A stretch of 64,000 nucleotides of DNA, from the NCBI GenBank assembly GCA_964016885.1, contig OZ024750.1, positions 3,410,001 through 3,474,000 of the forward strand, read 5' to 3'. The notes beneath the pieces were generated by a model. That model ran no database searches. It saw nothing but the letters and a program-made list of their open reading frames with translations, and had not been told where the DNA came from. Position 1 is the stretch's first letter, and the number at the start of each line of letters is the position of its first letter. Origin of the DNA: Eledone cirrhosa (Eukaryota). Below, piece after piece: positions 1-11,704 of this stretch. Both the position numbers and the translations under genes were made by a program.

Positions 1-6
1 ATATAC

Positions 7-93
<87 letters not shown>

Positions 94-157
94 CATATAT
101 ATATATACATATATATATATGTATATATTGTTATATATATAAATGTATATATATATA

Positions 158-193
<36 letters not shown>

Positions 194-325
194 TATATAT
201 ATATATGTGTGGTGTGTATATATATATATATATTTATATATATTGGTATATATATATGTGGTGTGTGTATATATATATATATATTTATATATATATGTGG
301 TGTGATATATATATGTATATATATG

Positions 326-372
<47 letters not shown>

Positions 373-385
373 GTATATATATATG

Positions 386-454
<69 letters not shown>

Positions 455-465
455 GTATATATATG

Positions 466-496
<31 letters not shown>

Positions 497-515
497 GTGG
501 TGTGATATATATATG

Positions 516-578
<63 letters not shown>

Positions 579-589
579 GTATATATATG

Positions 590-622
<33 letters not shown>

Positions 623-660
623 GGTGTGATATATATATGTATATATATGTATATATATGC
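1..660. repeat. (TA)n microsatellite with TACA/TATG interruptions
   Basis: Direct reading; the overlapping IY-rich ORFs are artefacts. Confidence 0.97.
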
Positions 661-1221
661 ACATGTGTGTTTGTAACTTTCCACAAACAAAAAATAACAA
701 ACCCAAATTTAGTTTGCATGTGTGCGTCTTATGTGCGTCGTGTGTGCATTGTGTGTGCATCATGTGTGCATCATGTGTGCGTCGTGTGTGCGTCGTGTAT
801 GCATCGTGTGTGCATTATGTGTGCATCATGTGTGCATCATGTGCTGTTTGTTACAAGTTCATGGAATTCAACAATAGAAGATAACAAGAAAGTGACAACA
901 AAAAAAACAACAAAACAAAACAAAAAATACAAAAAAAAATTAAAGCTTGTAATTTTCAAACATTATTATTATTATGAAAAAAAAAGAAAGAATTATGATC
1001 ATTATTTTTTCTATTATTATTATTATTATTATAATTAATATAATAATTATTATTATTACGAAGCCCCACATACAGTGTAACCCCTTCATTTATTGTATTC
1101 TACATGGAGGCCCTTGTGGCAAATAAATCAAAAGTTTTTTTTCTTTTTCATATTATTATTATTGTTGTTGATATTATTATTGTTGTTTTTACCATAATGG
1201 TATATGAATAATTTCTAGTGT

Positions 1222-2380
1222 ATGGTGATGTTGAGGATGATGTTGGTGGTGGTGGTGATGGTGGTGGTGATGGTGGTGGTGATGGTGGTGGTGGTGATGG
1301 TGGTTGTGGTGATGGTGATGGTGGTGGTGGTGATGGTGGTGGTGATGGTGGTGGTGATGGTGGTGGTGATGGTGATGGTGGTGATGGTGGTTGTGGTGAT
1401 GGTGGTGGTGGTGGTGATGGTGGTGGTGATGGTGATGGTGGTGGTGGTTGTGATGGTGGTGGTGATGGTGGTGGTGATGGTGGTGGTGATGGTGATGGTG
1501 GTGGTGGTGATGGTGGTGGTGGTGATGGTGGTTGTGGTGATGGTGATGGTGGTGGTGGTGATGGTGGTGGTGATGGTGGTGGTGATGGTGGTGGTGATGG
1601 TGGTGGTGGTGGTGGTGGTGGTGGTGGTGGTGGTGGTGGTGGTGATGGTGGTGGTGATGGTGATGGTGGTGGTGGTTGTGATGGTGGTGGTGATGGTGGT
1701 GGTGATGGTGGTGGTGATGGTGATGGTGGTGGTGGTGATGGTGGTGGTGGTGATGGTGGTGGTGGTGATGGTGGTTGTGGTGATGGTGGTGGTGATGGTG
1801 GTGGTGGTGATGGTGGTGGTGATGGTGGTTGTGGTGGTGGTGGTGATGGTGGTGGTGATGGTGGTGGTGGTGATGGTGGTGGTGATGGTGGTGATGGTGG
1901 TTGTGGTGATGGTGGTTGTGGTGATGGTGGTGGTGGTGATGGTGGTGGTGGTGATGGTGGTGGTGATGTTGGTGGTGGTGGTGGTGGTGGTGGTGGTGGT
2001 GATGGTGGTGGTGATGGTGGTGGTGATGGTGGTTGTGGTGATGGTGATGGTGGTGGTGGTGATGGTGGTGGTGATGATGATGATGTTGGTGGTGGTGATG
2101 GTGGTGATGTTGAGGATGATGTTGGTAGTGGTGGTGATGATGGTGATGGTGATGGTGGTGGTGAGGATGATGTTGGTGGTGGTGGTGATGGTGGTGATGG
2201 TGGTGGTGGTGGTGATGATGATGGTGGCAGTGGTGGTGGTGGTGATGATGATGGTGGTGGTGGTGGTGATGGTGGTGGTGGTCGTGGTGATGAGGATAGT
2301 GGTGGTGGTGATGTTGATGAGAATAATGATGTTGATGATGATGATGGCGGTGGTGATGGGGATGATGATGTTGATGTTGA
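1222..2380. repeat. (GGT/GAT)n compound trinucleotide repeat
   Basis: About 1.15 kb of ggt/gat/tgt triplets, giving poly-His, poly-Val and poly-Gly/Asp ORFs. Confidence 0.97.
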
Positions 2381-2860
2381 TTTAGATCAAATTCAGTAAA
2401 GACAAGGCACTGTAAAGTTGATGACATCTCATAATAAAACAGGTGACGGGGAATCAGTGCATGTCACTGGTGGGGGGGGGGGGGGTAGTGGTGTAGTGGT
2501 AGTTGTGGTGGTGGTAGTTATAGTAGTAGTAGTAGCAGTAGTGGTAGTTGCAGTGGTGGTGGTAGTAATGATGGTGGTAGTTATAGTAGTAGTAGTAGTA
2601 GTAGTAGCAGTAATGGTAGTTGCAGTGGTGGTGGTAGTTATATTGTTTAATAAAAACAAAATACTATCAAACCTGAAACAGAGACAATATGTGAGGAGGG
2701 GGCGGGGTGAAGTAGAAGAGGAAGAAAAAGAAAGAAAGAAGGAAAGATAGAAAGAGGAGCAGAAAAAACAGCACACCGACAACAGTAACAACAACATCAA
2801 TTTTGGAGTTGTTGAGAAAATCTGGTAAAGTCTCTGGTAAAAGATGAAGGAGGAAAGTGA

Positions 2861-2866
<6 letters not shown>

Positions 2867-2941
<75 letters not shown>

Positions 2942-2950
2942 AGAGAGAGA
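2867..2950. repeat. (GA)n microsatellite
   Basis: Direct reading. Confidence 0.97.
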
Positions 2951-3129
2951 CAAGAGAATAAAATATGAAAATGAAATAAGAGAAGAAATAAAAGTTTAAT
3001 GAGAAAAGACAATTAAGAAATTGAGATAAGAATGGAATAATGGAGATTATGATAAAGATGTGAGTGACACAATATTATATATCTATATAATTATAGAGAT
3101 AGTTTCACATTAACAAAGACTATATATAT

Positions 3130-3395
3130 GTATATAGAATAAGAAAATGAAAAGTAGTTTCAGATGTTAAAGTTCTTTATTGATAATGCTGTGATACATA
3201 TTTCAATGACAGTGGCCACACTCTTTGGTGTACCCAGTGCCGTGACTTCATCAGACAGCTTCTGATGATGTCACATTAAAGGACTTTAACATCTGAAACT
3301 ACTTTGCATTTTCTTATTCTAAATATACTCCATCACTCCTATGTGGAAAAAGGACGTTGAGTGCTCGAATCGAATTGCAACAAAGTAACCTTAAG
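3130..3395 (-). mobile_element. Penelope-like/retrozyme-like fold-back remnant with hammerhead motif
   Basis: Inverted repeat 3130-3179 / 3277-3328 encloses a minus-strand gctgt-CTGATGA...GAAA-tatgta-TC-acagc motif followed by AATAAA; flanked by (TA)n. Confidence 0.55.
3188..3259 (-). ncRNA. Candidate minimal type-I hammerhead ribozyme
   Basis: 5-bp stem I gctgt/acagc, CUGAUGA and GAAA cores, near-palindromic stem III (atatgtat), AUC cleavage triplet; stem II is long and degenerate. Confidence 0.5.
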
Positions 3396-3415
3396 TATAT
3401 ATATATATATATATA

Positions 3416-3760
3416 TCATCATCATCATCATCATTTCATTTTACGTCCACTTTTTCCCTGCTTGCAAGGGTGGGACGGGAACTGATGCTGGCTTGATTTC
3501 TACAGCTGGATGCCCTTCCTAACACCAACCTCATTTACAGTGAGTGCTGGGTGCTTTTTTGCCGTGGCACCTCCACGACCACTTTGCAGTGGAATGATAT
3601 GGACCCCAGTCCCTATCATCTCATTTCTACAGCTGAGTAAACTGGAGCAATGTGAAATAAAGTGTCTTGCTCAAGGAAACAACACATCACCGGGTCTGAG
3701 AATTGAACTCACAACCTTTCGATTGCAAGGCCAATGCTCTAACCACTAAGCCATGTGCCC
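3416..3760 (-). mobile_element. tRNA-derived CORE-SINE with RTE-type 3' tail (family A), full length
   Basis: Minus strand: A box TGGCTTAGTGG, B box GAGTTCAATTC, CORE-like CCTTGAGCAAGACACTT...CTGTAGAAATG, tail shared with the LINE 3' UTR at 16145-16399, (GAT)n end. Confidence 0.88.
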
Positions 3761-3857
3761 CCATATATATATATATATACACACACATATATATATATAT
3801 ATGTGCCCCCATATATATATATATACACACACATATATATATATATGTTTAAATTTG

Positions 3858-3992
3858 GTGGTTTACCACTGGGTAGAATTGGTCATTCTGCAATGTTAAC
3901 AATGATGTAATATGAGAAAAGCACTCAGCATTATGCAACTCATCCATCTTTGATGTTGAATCATGTTGGTGATGAGGGAACGGAGTAAATTG
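3858..3992. mobile_element. Unclassified TA-associated repeat (ggtttaccactgggtagaattggtcat family)
   Basis: Similar sequence at 11323-11480 and 17035-17160. Confidence 0.6.
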
Positions 3993-4183
3993 GTATAGGG
4001 TCATTCCATGTCCAAATTACTCAGAAGATCCCAAGTCACCCCTCAGATGTATATACATCTATTATGCAAATTATACCTGAAGATGTCACCGGGTTCTTAC
4101 ACAACCTGGCCACTGAAATGTACATAGTGTTTGCAGAAATAAATAATTAAGGAAATTCAACATATTTGGCCTTCCGTCATTTC

Positions 4184-4226
<43 letters not shown>

Positions 4227-4254
4227 TTGATCTGACAGGCTTTAGTAAAATTGG

Positions 4255-4930
4255 AAAAAACAAGTTCTGGTAAGCAAGAAAGAAGATAAGCGGCTGATCT
4301 GATGAGGAAGGTAGCCCTGCTCAATATGTAGAAAATATAATGTACACAATGTAAATCTTGGCTACACAAGAGGTGTAATGGTACAGAAGAAAAGGTAAAC
4401 TTTGTATGTTGTAGATGCACAAGGATAGTTAGTAGTAAGGGCACAAGGAAAATAAACATTTTCCAATCCAAGAAAGGTTCCATACAGGTAGTTGATAGCT
4501 TCTGTTACTCTAGTGATAAAATTAATAAGGGAGGAGGCTGTACTGAAAGCATGACAGCGAGAGTAAGAACAGGATGAAAAAAAAGTTCAGTGCACTGCTA
4601 CCTCTGTTGACAGCGAAAGGTTTCTCTTTACAAAAGAAAAGCTGGCTGTAGGATGTGTATGAGGTGTGATATTGCATGACAGTGAGACATTGGCAGTGAA
4701 CATGGAAGATATGTGAAGGCTGGAGAGAAATGAAGCAATCCTGTTTCGATATATGTGCAATATTAATATACATGAAAGGCAAAGCATAGATGAGCTGAGA
4801 GAAAGGCTGGATATAAAAGGAATTAGATTGGAGAGAAGACTGCACTGGTATGGACATGTGATGTGTGTGGATGATAAGTGTCGGGTGAAGAAATGACAAG
4901 AAATCCCAGTGGAAAGGATTAGTATCTCTG
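4255..4930 (+). pseudogene. Highly decayed RTE LINE ORF fragment
   Basis: Residual CTQCKSWLHKRC, SETLAV and WYGHVM motifs match the RTE ORF at 56199-56978; many stops and frameshifts. Confidence 0.8.
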
Positions 4931-5236
4931 CATGCAATATATATATATATATATACATATATATGTGTGTGTGTGTGTGTCTCTGTGTGTGTGTCTACAT
5001 ATATATGTATGTATGTATGTATATATATGTATATATGTGTATATATATATATGTATGTATATATGTATATATACATGTATATGTATATATATGTATGTAT
5101 ATGTATATATATATGTATGTTTATCTCGGGAATTTTACCCGCCCTAGAAAAAATATATGTATGTGTATATGTATGTATATATATGTATATATATAAGTAT
5201 ATATACGTATATATATATGTATGTATATATATATAT

Positions 5237-5844
5237 GTCAAGTCACCAGTTGGTGCTACTGGTAACATGTATCCCAGTACAACCTGTCTCATGGTCGGGT
5301 CGTTGGCGACTAAACTGGCAACCCCACCAAGGTTTCTTGGTGAGGAGGGTGACTTTGGACATCCTGCAGGACTAAAAACAAAACCTGTCAAAGGGCAAAG
5401 GAGCTCTTAAGAGTCAATGGCCATCCAAAATCACCGGGAGAGATGACCCCTTAGCCTTTGTCAAGGCAGAATTCTAGGAGAAGGAAAACTCTGATATAAC
5501 ACCTGCAACCCTGATGGTATCCAATGATGTTGACTTGTTCTTCTTTTTGGTAAATATCATCTTGGTTAAGAGAGTGGGACTGGCTTTGTGCAGTGCCTTT
5601 GCTCACTATAAAAGCTTCATGGCACAGGCATTGCTTTGTATCTGGAGATCTCTCTGCACTTGTCCTCACATGGTACCATGGGCCCAGCACTATGTGTCAA
5701 TAATTGTCACAAGTGTAGTGTTTGTACCAGAGGTTTCAAGTCGCTGGCTGGACTAAAAAGTCACCATCGTTCAGCGCTTCGGTAGGGGTTCTCCTACATG
5801 GATATAAAGTAGTGGCCGTACTCGAAAACGAGTTGGCAGCCACC
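5237..5844 (+). mobile_element. Bipartite non-autonomous RTE-derived element (5' UTR fused to 3' end), copy 1
   Basis: RTE-type 5' UTR motif CTAGGAGAAGGAAAACTCTGA plus C-terminal zinc-finger relic HKCSVCTRGFKSLAGLKSH (5708-5764); near-identical copy at 50280-50872; embedded in (TA)n. Confidence 0.7.
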
Positions 5845-5882
<38 letters not shown>

Positions 5883-6378
5883 ATATCTGTGTGTGTATAT
5901 ATATATATATATATCTGTGTGTGTGTATATATATATATATCTGTGTGTGTATATATATATATATCAGTGAAGTCTTGTCTTTGATATCAGTTTCTGTTAC
6001 TGTACACATTATGTTATAACTATAACTGTAATTCAATCTATCCTTTTGCATTCAACATCTGCTGGTACAATATTGTATCTGGCACTTTGTGTAAACTTAT
6101 CTATATTAATTTGGATATAATATATTTGACATCAACTATACTATCTGTTGAATTCTCTCACCAAAACATCTGTCAATGAATGTTATAACTTCACAATTGT
6201 TCGACTGGAAAGTAACTTAATCAAAGTTGCAGAAGAAAAAAGAGAGAAGCTATAGCCATATTTCCCAAAACTCTATGATATAATCAAAATTGTTCATTGC
6301 ATATGGAATCAGATGCTAAATAACAAAATAATCGATTTTTAAGTAAAACCTGTTAATATACACACACACATCACACAC

Positions 6379-6409
<31 letters not shown>

Positions 6410-6852
6410 TATTACATATGTACACATATATTATATATGTGTATATATCATCGTCATCACCATTATCATCGTTTATCGTCCATCTTTATATATTATATAT
6501 ATATACACACATACACACACATATATATATATATATATACACATATATATAGAGACACACACACACATATATATATATATACCTATATACACACACACAC
6601 ATATACACACACACACATATATATATCAACACAATTATTATTACCATTTTACGTCAGTTTTTCCATGCTTGCATGGGCTGGACGGGTTCTTTCTAATATC
6701 TACAATTTATTAAAATTACAATAATTATGTGTTTAATCTGAACTGTGAGTGGAAGGGATTTACAGAGTGGAATAATTAGTGGATAATGAATCTAGTATAA
6801 GGTTTGTGGGTGAAACACTGAATTTTGAATAGAAAGATAACCAGAAGCATTA

Positions 6853-6883
<31 letters not shown>

Positions 6884-6928
6884 CATAATATATATATATA
6901 TATATCATCATCATCATCGTTTAACGTC

Positions 6929-6976
<48 letters not shown>

Positions 6977-7695
6977 CTACATATACACATATGTTTATTT
7001 ATATAAATTGTTATCACTCCTAAGTATAAATCTCCCAAGCATAATTTTTTATATATTTACATACATACACACAGTGAAATATTGATGTATAAAGCACTTG
7101 CCTAAACCAGTCTATATATATACACAATAAATGTATATAATGTATATAATGAGTCCCAATAGTTTGAGCCTGTTTTAGTACTCCATTCCTATGTCTCATT
7201 TCCTCAATAGACAGTTTTGTCATCATAGAATATTCAATAATTCCATTGTTACTTTTTTCTATTGCTGTTGATCTTGATTCTAATACTATTATTTCTACCA
7301 TTGATACTGCAGTTGTTGTTGCTACTGTTGTTATTGTTTCTGTTTGGCATTGTTACTATTGTTATTGTTGTTGAGGTGGTGTTGGTGGTGTTTTTTCTGA
7401 CTAGAAAATACACTCATTGGAACAACAACAACTTTTCATTAGAATCATCATCGACCAATCAGTGATTTCTACAAAATTAAATAAATAACTGTGATTACTT
7501 TATTCCATTACTGGTTGATGGAAATGGAGAAGAGAAATGGTAAATAATTATTGAAGAATAGCTTAATTCTATTGAGGGTAGGAAATATTTATTGAAACCT
7601 ATTCTCACAACTACTAAAATATTGTATTCTAGTATTCTTGCCAAAAAAATCAAACAATGATCAAATATATCTAAATCCTATTGTATTATTATTGT

Positions 7696-7910
7696 AAGGG
7701 TGGTGGATAAGCAGAATCGGTAGAGTGTCGGACAACATGCTATGTGGCATAGAATTAAGGCCCTTTACATCCTGAGTTCAAATCCTGCCGAGGTTAGCTT
7801 TGCCTTTCCTTCTTACGGGGTCAATCAAATAAAGTACCAGTAACACACTGGGGTCAATTCAACCAACTTCCTCATCCCCCAAAATGCCTAAATCAGAAAT
7901 AATTATTATT
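7696..7910 (+). mobile_element. tRNA-derived SINE family B
   Basis: A-box-like GCAGAATCGGTAGAG, B box GAGTTCAAATCC, body GCCTTTC(A)TCCTTACGGGGTCGATAAAATAAAGTACCAG, (ATT)n tail; at least 15 copies in the window. Confidence 0.85.
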
Positions 7911-7912
7911 GT

Positions 7913-8142
7913 GAGGGTGCTAGATTGGCAGAATTAGTAGAGTGTCAGAAAACATGCTCCACTGTATAGAGTTACGGCCCTTTACGTTCTGAATTCAAAT
8001 CCCGCTGAGGTTAGCTATGCCTTTCATCCTTACAAGGACGATTAAATAACGTACCAGTAATGTAGTGGGGTCGATTTAATCAACTTTTCCCTCCCCCAAA
8101 ATTGTTGGCCTTGTGCCTAAATCAGAAACAATTATTATTATT
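7913..8142 (+). mobile_element. SINE family B, tandem second copy
   Basis: Same head, body and tail directly after the previous copy's (ATT)n tail. Confidence 0.85.
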
Positions 8143-8156
8143 AGGAACCAACTGAC

Positions 8157-8400
8157 GGGAGACCCAGTAGAGGGAGCCTTGCTCGAACCTAGGGAGACCC
8201 AGTAGAGGAAGCCTTGCTCGAACCTAGGGAGACCCAGTAGAGGGAGCCTTGCTCGAACCTAGGGAGACCCAGTAGAGGAAGCCTGGCTCGAACCTAGGGA
8301 GACCCAGTAGAGGAAGCCTGGCTCGAACCTAGGGAGACCCAGTAGAGGAAGCCTTGCTCGAACCTAGGGAGACCCAGTAGAGGAAGCCTTGCTCGAACCT
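8157..8400. repeat. 35-bp minisatellite x7
   Basis: Unit gggagacccagtagagg(a/g)agcc(t/g)tgctcgaaccta, contiguous with no spacers. Confidence 0.95.
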
Positions 8401-8504
8401 TCATCTCACATGCAAACCTCACTAGGGAACAGTTGCTAGGAGCAATGGAGAAATTATGAAATATAACGAGACTTTGTTACGAATGTTTCCAATGTGGTAG
8501 CAAC

Positions 8505-8571
8505 GTTGATGGTTATTGTATGTTGATGGTTATTGTATGTTGATGGTTATTGTATGTTGATGGTTATTGTA
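8505..8571. repeat. 17-bp tandem repeat x4
   Basis: Unit gttgatggttattgtat. Confidence 0.9.
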
Positions 8572-9076
8572 AGTTAAACAGTTGTAGAATAACATGAAAT
8601 ATGATTTAAAGTGAATTTACCTGCAAATTAAAATATTACTGATAGAGTCAATGCAATGAGCAACATCATAAAATTGGTTTATTTGATTGTTATTACAGCG
8701 TTATAAATAATCTGCAAAGCCTTTCTGTCTCTTACATAATTCAAGAATATTTTAATAACTATCACTACAATTTCAAATTTTCAATCTAAAACTTGTTAAC
8801 CTTGATAAAGAATTTTTCATGGCATGAAAAAGCAAATAGATAAATAAATAAATAAATGAATAAATAAATAAACAATTAGTTCTTCATAAATCCACTTTAA
8901 ATTATGCTAAAGATCTGATGTTTCTCAATCATGTGTTCTTTATTTTTTGTATAACCATTCTTGTATCTTTAAACATATACATGTCTATAAACGTACATGT
9001 ATGTGTGTATATACATATATACACAAATACATACACACACATACATACGTACATACATAAACACATACATACCACT

Positions 9077-9651
9077 ATCATCGTTTAACGTCCATTTTCC
9101 ATGCTAGTATGAATGAGATGAGTTGTCCTGTTGTGAGACAAGTCACATCAAATATCTGTGTCTTGGTCACACAGAACTGTTTTTGGTTTGGTTTCTATGG
9201 TTGGATGCCTTTCCTAACGCCGACCACATTTACAGGGTGGACTGGGTGCTTTTCATCATGGCACCAAAACAACCACTTTACAGGGTGGACTGGGTGCTTT
9301 TCATCATGGCACCAAAACAACCACTTTACAGGGTGGACTGGGTGCTTTTCATCATGGCACCAAAACAACCACTTTACAGGGTGGACTGGGTGCTTTTCAT
9401 CATGGCACCAAAACAACCACTTTACAGGGTGGACTGGGTGCTTTTCATCATGTCACCAAAACAACCACTTTACAGAGTGGACTGGGTGCTTTTCATCATG
9501 GCACCAAAACAACCACTTTACAGGGTGGACTGGGTGCTTTTCATCATGGCACCAAAACAACCACTTTACAGGGTGGACTGGGTGCTTTTCATCATGGCAC
9601 CAAAACAACCACTTTACAGGGTGGACTGGGTGCTTTTCATCATGGCACCAA
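9077..9651 (-). mobile_element. RTE 3'-UTR remnant containing a 48-bp minisatellite x9 (9223-9651)
   Basis: Tail catcgtttaacgtcc, motif ggatgcctttcctaacgcc, then unit ccactttacagggtggactgggtgcttttcatcatggcaccaaaacaa. Confidence 0.88.
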
Positions 9652-10139
9652 TAATAATAAAAATTACAATAAAGAAAACATTTGGTTGCTTACTTCTCTG
9701 ATTGTTTACAATATAACTGTTATAAGACGTACTTATGTTTAAAATAAATAAAATAAGCTTTGTAACCTCTTTTGCCAACAATATTGACTATTTGTTTTCT
9801 GGTGTAGTCACGTTTATGTTGTAAGTTTTTCTGCTTAGGTAAAACATAACCTTTAGTGCACATTTCACAGTAATAACAGAAGTGTGAAATAATCTGGAAC
9901 TAAACTGTTTTCTAAGTCATGCTAGGTACTTATACAACTGTTGAAACATACATAATTATATCATACATTACGATAAATCTTAGAATTATTTCTGCTACAT
10001 TTTGCAGCATCTTAGATGGTAATTAGTCAAAAATAACTGAATTGAAAGAATTCTCAGAGTAGCATGAAATAGTTTAGAATCAACCAATTCTATCAAATAA
10101 TATCCACACTTGGATTAACACACTACAAGATGATAACTC

Positions 10140-10470
10140 TTTCTAGTATAGGCACAAGGCCAGAAATTTGAGAGGGGTAGTGGGAAGTTGATTATTTTGA
10201 CCCAAGTATTTATCTGGTATTTTATTATATCAACCTTGGAAGGATGGAAGACAAAGTTGACCTGACCCTGACCTTGGTAGGATTTGAACACATAGTGCAG
10301 ACACACTATCTAAAACACTATAATAATAGTTTAGAATTTAGGCACAAGGCTGAAATTTGGGGGAAGGGGAAAGTTGATTATATCGACCCCAGTACTTGAC
10401 TGGTACTTTATTTTATTAACCCTGGAAAGATAAAAGACAAAGTTGACCTTGGCAAGATATAAACTCAGAA
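10140..10470 (-). mobile_element. Two tandem truncated SINE family B copies
   Basis: ggcacaaggc...ctggtac/tttattttatt...caaagttgacct...ggatttgaac occurs twice. Confidence 0.75.
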
Positions 10471-11164
10471 TACAGACACACACATATATATATACATCTA
10501 ACACACTATACTAATGCATGTAATTGAAAGAAACTTGAGATAATTGACAGCTGTGGTCTCTAAAAAGATATGATACAAGACACAGAATGAAATTAAATAG
10601 TTTGAAGTTAATAGTTAGACAATTAGGATGTTTATCAGACACATTCTTCGTGTTATGTACCATGTTGATAGCTGATAACAGTTTTTAGAAGAAAAAATTA
10701 TTATATATATACCAAGTATCAATATAATAATATCTTTTAAGAAATACAAGCATAATGAAGCATTTCCTCTGTAAGAAAACATTTCTTCATTCATGCTTGA
10801 GAACAGAGCTATTTAATTGAAGTAAGGAATATCATCCTTATTACTGAGATGCTTAGAATATTAACGACTAATCTTTGCTTACAGAAACAGTTAAGTGTGG
10901 AATGTCTAAACAGCTGCTTCAGTTAGATTTACTAACCAATAACTACTTTAGAAGAGAATATAGTGTTTAAGTTTGTTTAACAAAATAAGATATGTTTTTC
11001 TTTTTACCTAACAGATAACATTTTCATATACTCATATGACTTAGCAGTTGTAATGCAAGAGTTATTGGGACTTTCTCTTGAAATAGATGACAAAGTTACA
11101 AAATATTATTTTCCTTATTTTGAAAATTGTTTGAAAAATATTTACACTATTTGATTATATATAT

Positions 11165-11318
11165 ATATCATCATCATCATCATCGTTTAACGTCCATCTT
11201 CCACGCTAGCATGGGTATATCATCATCATCATCATCGTTTAACGTCCATCTTCCACGCTAGCATGGGTATATCATCATCATCATCATCGTTTAACGTCCA
11301 TCTTCCACGCTAGCATGA
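11165..11318 (-). repeat. 52-bp RTE 3'-terminal segment in tandem x3
   Basis: atatcatcatcatcatcatcgtttaacgtccatcttccacgctagcatgggt at 52-bp spacing. Confidence 0.9.
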
Positions 11319-11493
11319 GTGTGGTTTACCAATGGGTAGAATTGGTCATGATGCAATAGTAAGAAAAACACTCTACGTTATGTAACTCAGCCATTATAGA
11401 TGTAAAATCACGTGGTTGGTGCAGGAATGGAGTTAAATATTTATTTAAAACAACAGAAGGCCAGGTTGCAGAATCCTTTTAAACTATATATAT

Positions 11494-11691
11494 AAGGAAA
11501 ATGTTCAAGACCCCGACGGCAGAGCTCAAGCCGTTTCGACAGCTATTTCTTGACCGAGTCCAGAAATAGCTGTCGAAACGGCTTGAGCTCTGCTGTCGAG
11601 GTCTTGAACATTTTCCTTTTACCCACTCTATTACCCTAAGTATTGAGTACGCTGGTGTGTCTACCTGGTTCCTTGCCACACTTCCTTCGTT
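11494..11691 (+). mobile_element. Long-hairpin TA-inserted element (copy 1)
   Basis: About 61-bp arms over 11494-11618 with a 3-nt loop, then a unique 70-bp tail; homologues at 21405-21562, 40780-40900 and 50883-51079. Strand assignment is arbitrary. Confidence 0.8.
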
Positions 11692-11704
11692 ATATATATA
11701 TATA

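Noticed and set aside
143-1038. Long Ile/Tyr-rich ORFs (also 17769-19366 and 22180-23567)
   Set aside because: They are translations of (TA)n microsatellites that lack stop codons by composition.
1189-2427. 412-aa poly-His, 393-aa Gly/Asp and 387-aa poly-Val ORFs
   Set aside because: A pure trinucleotide repeat open in several frames on both strands, with no non-repetitive coding context or splice signals.
3994-4185. Possible DNA-transposon end (tatagggtcattccatgtc)
   Set aside because: No matching inverted end or second copy in the window, so it cannot be supported.
8157-8400. CRISPR-like array (35-bp repeats; also the 48-bp and 42-bp arrays)
   Set aside because: Units are contiguous with no unique spacers, there are no cas genes, and the context is eukaryotic.
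9109-9701. Cys/Trp-rich repeat protein ORFs
   Set aside because: They are the antisense reading of a minisatellite inside an RTE 3' UTR remnant.
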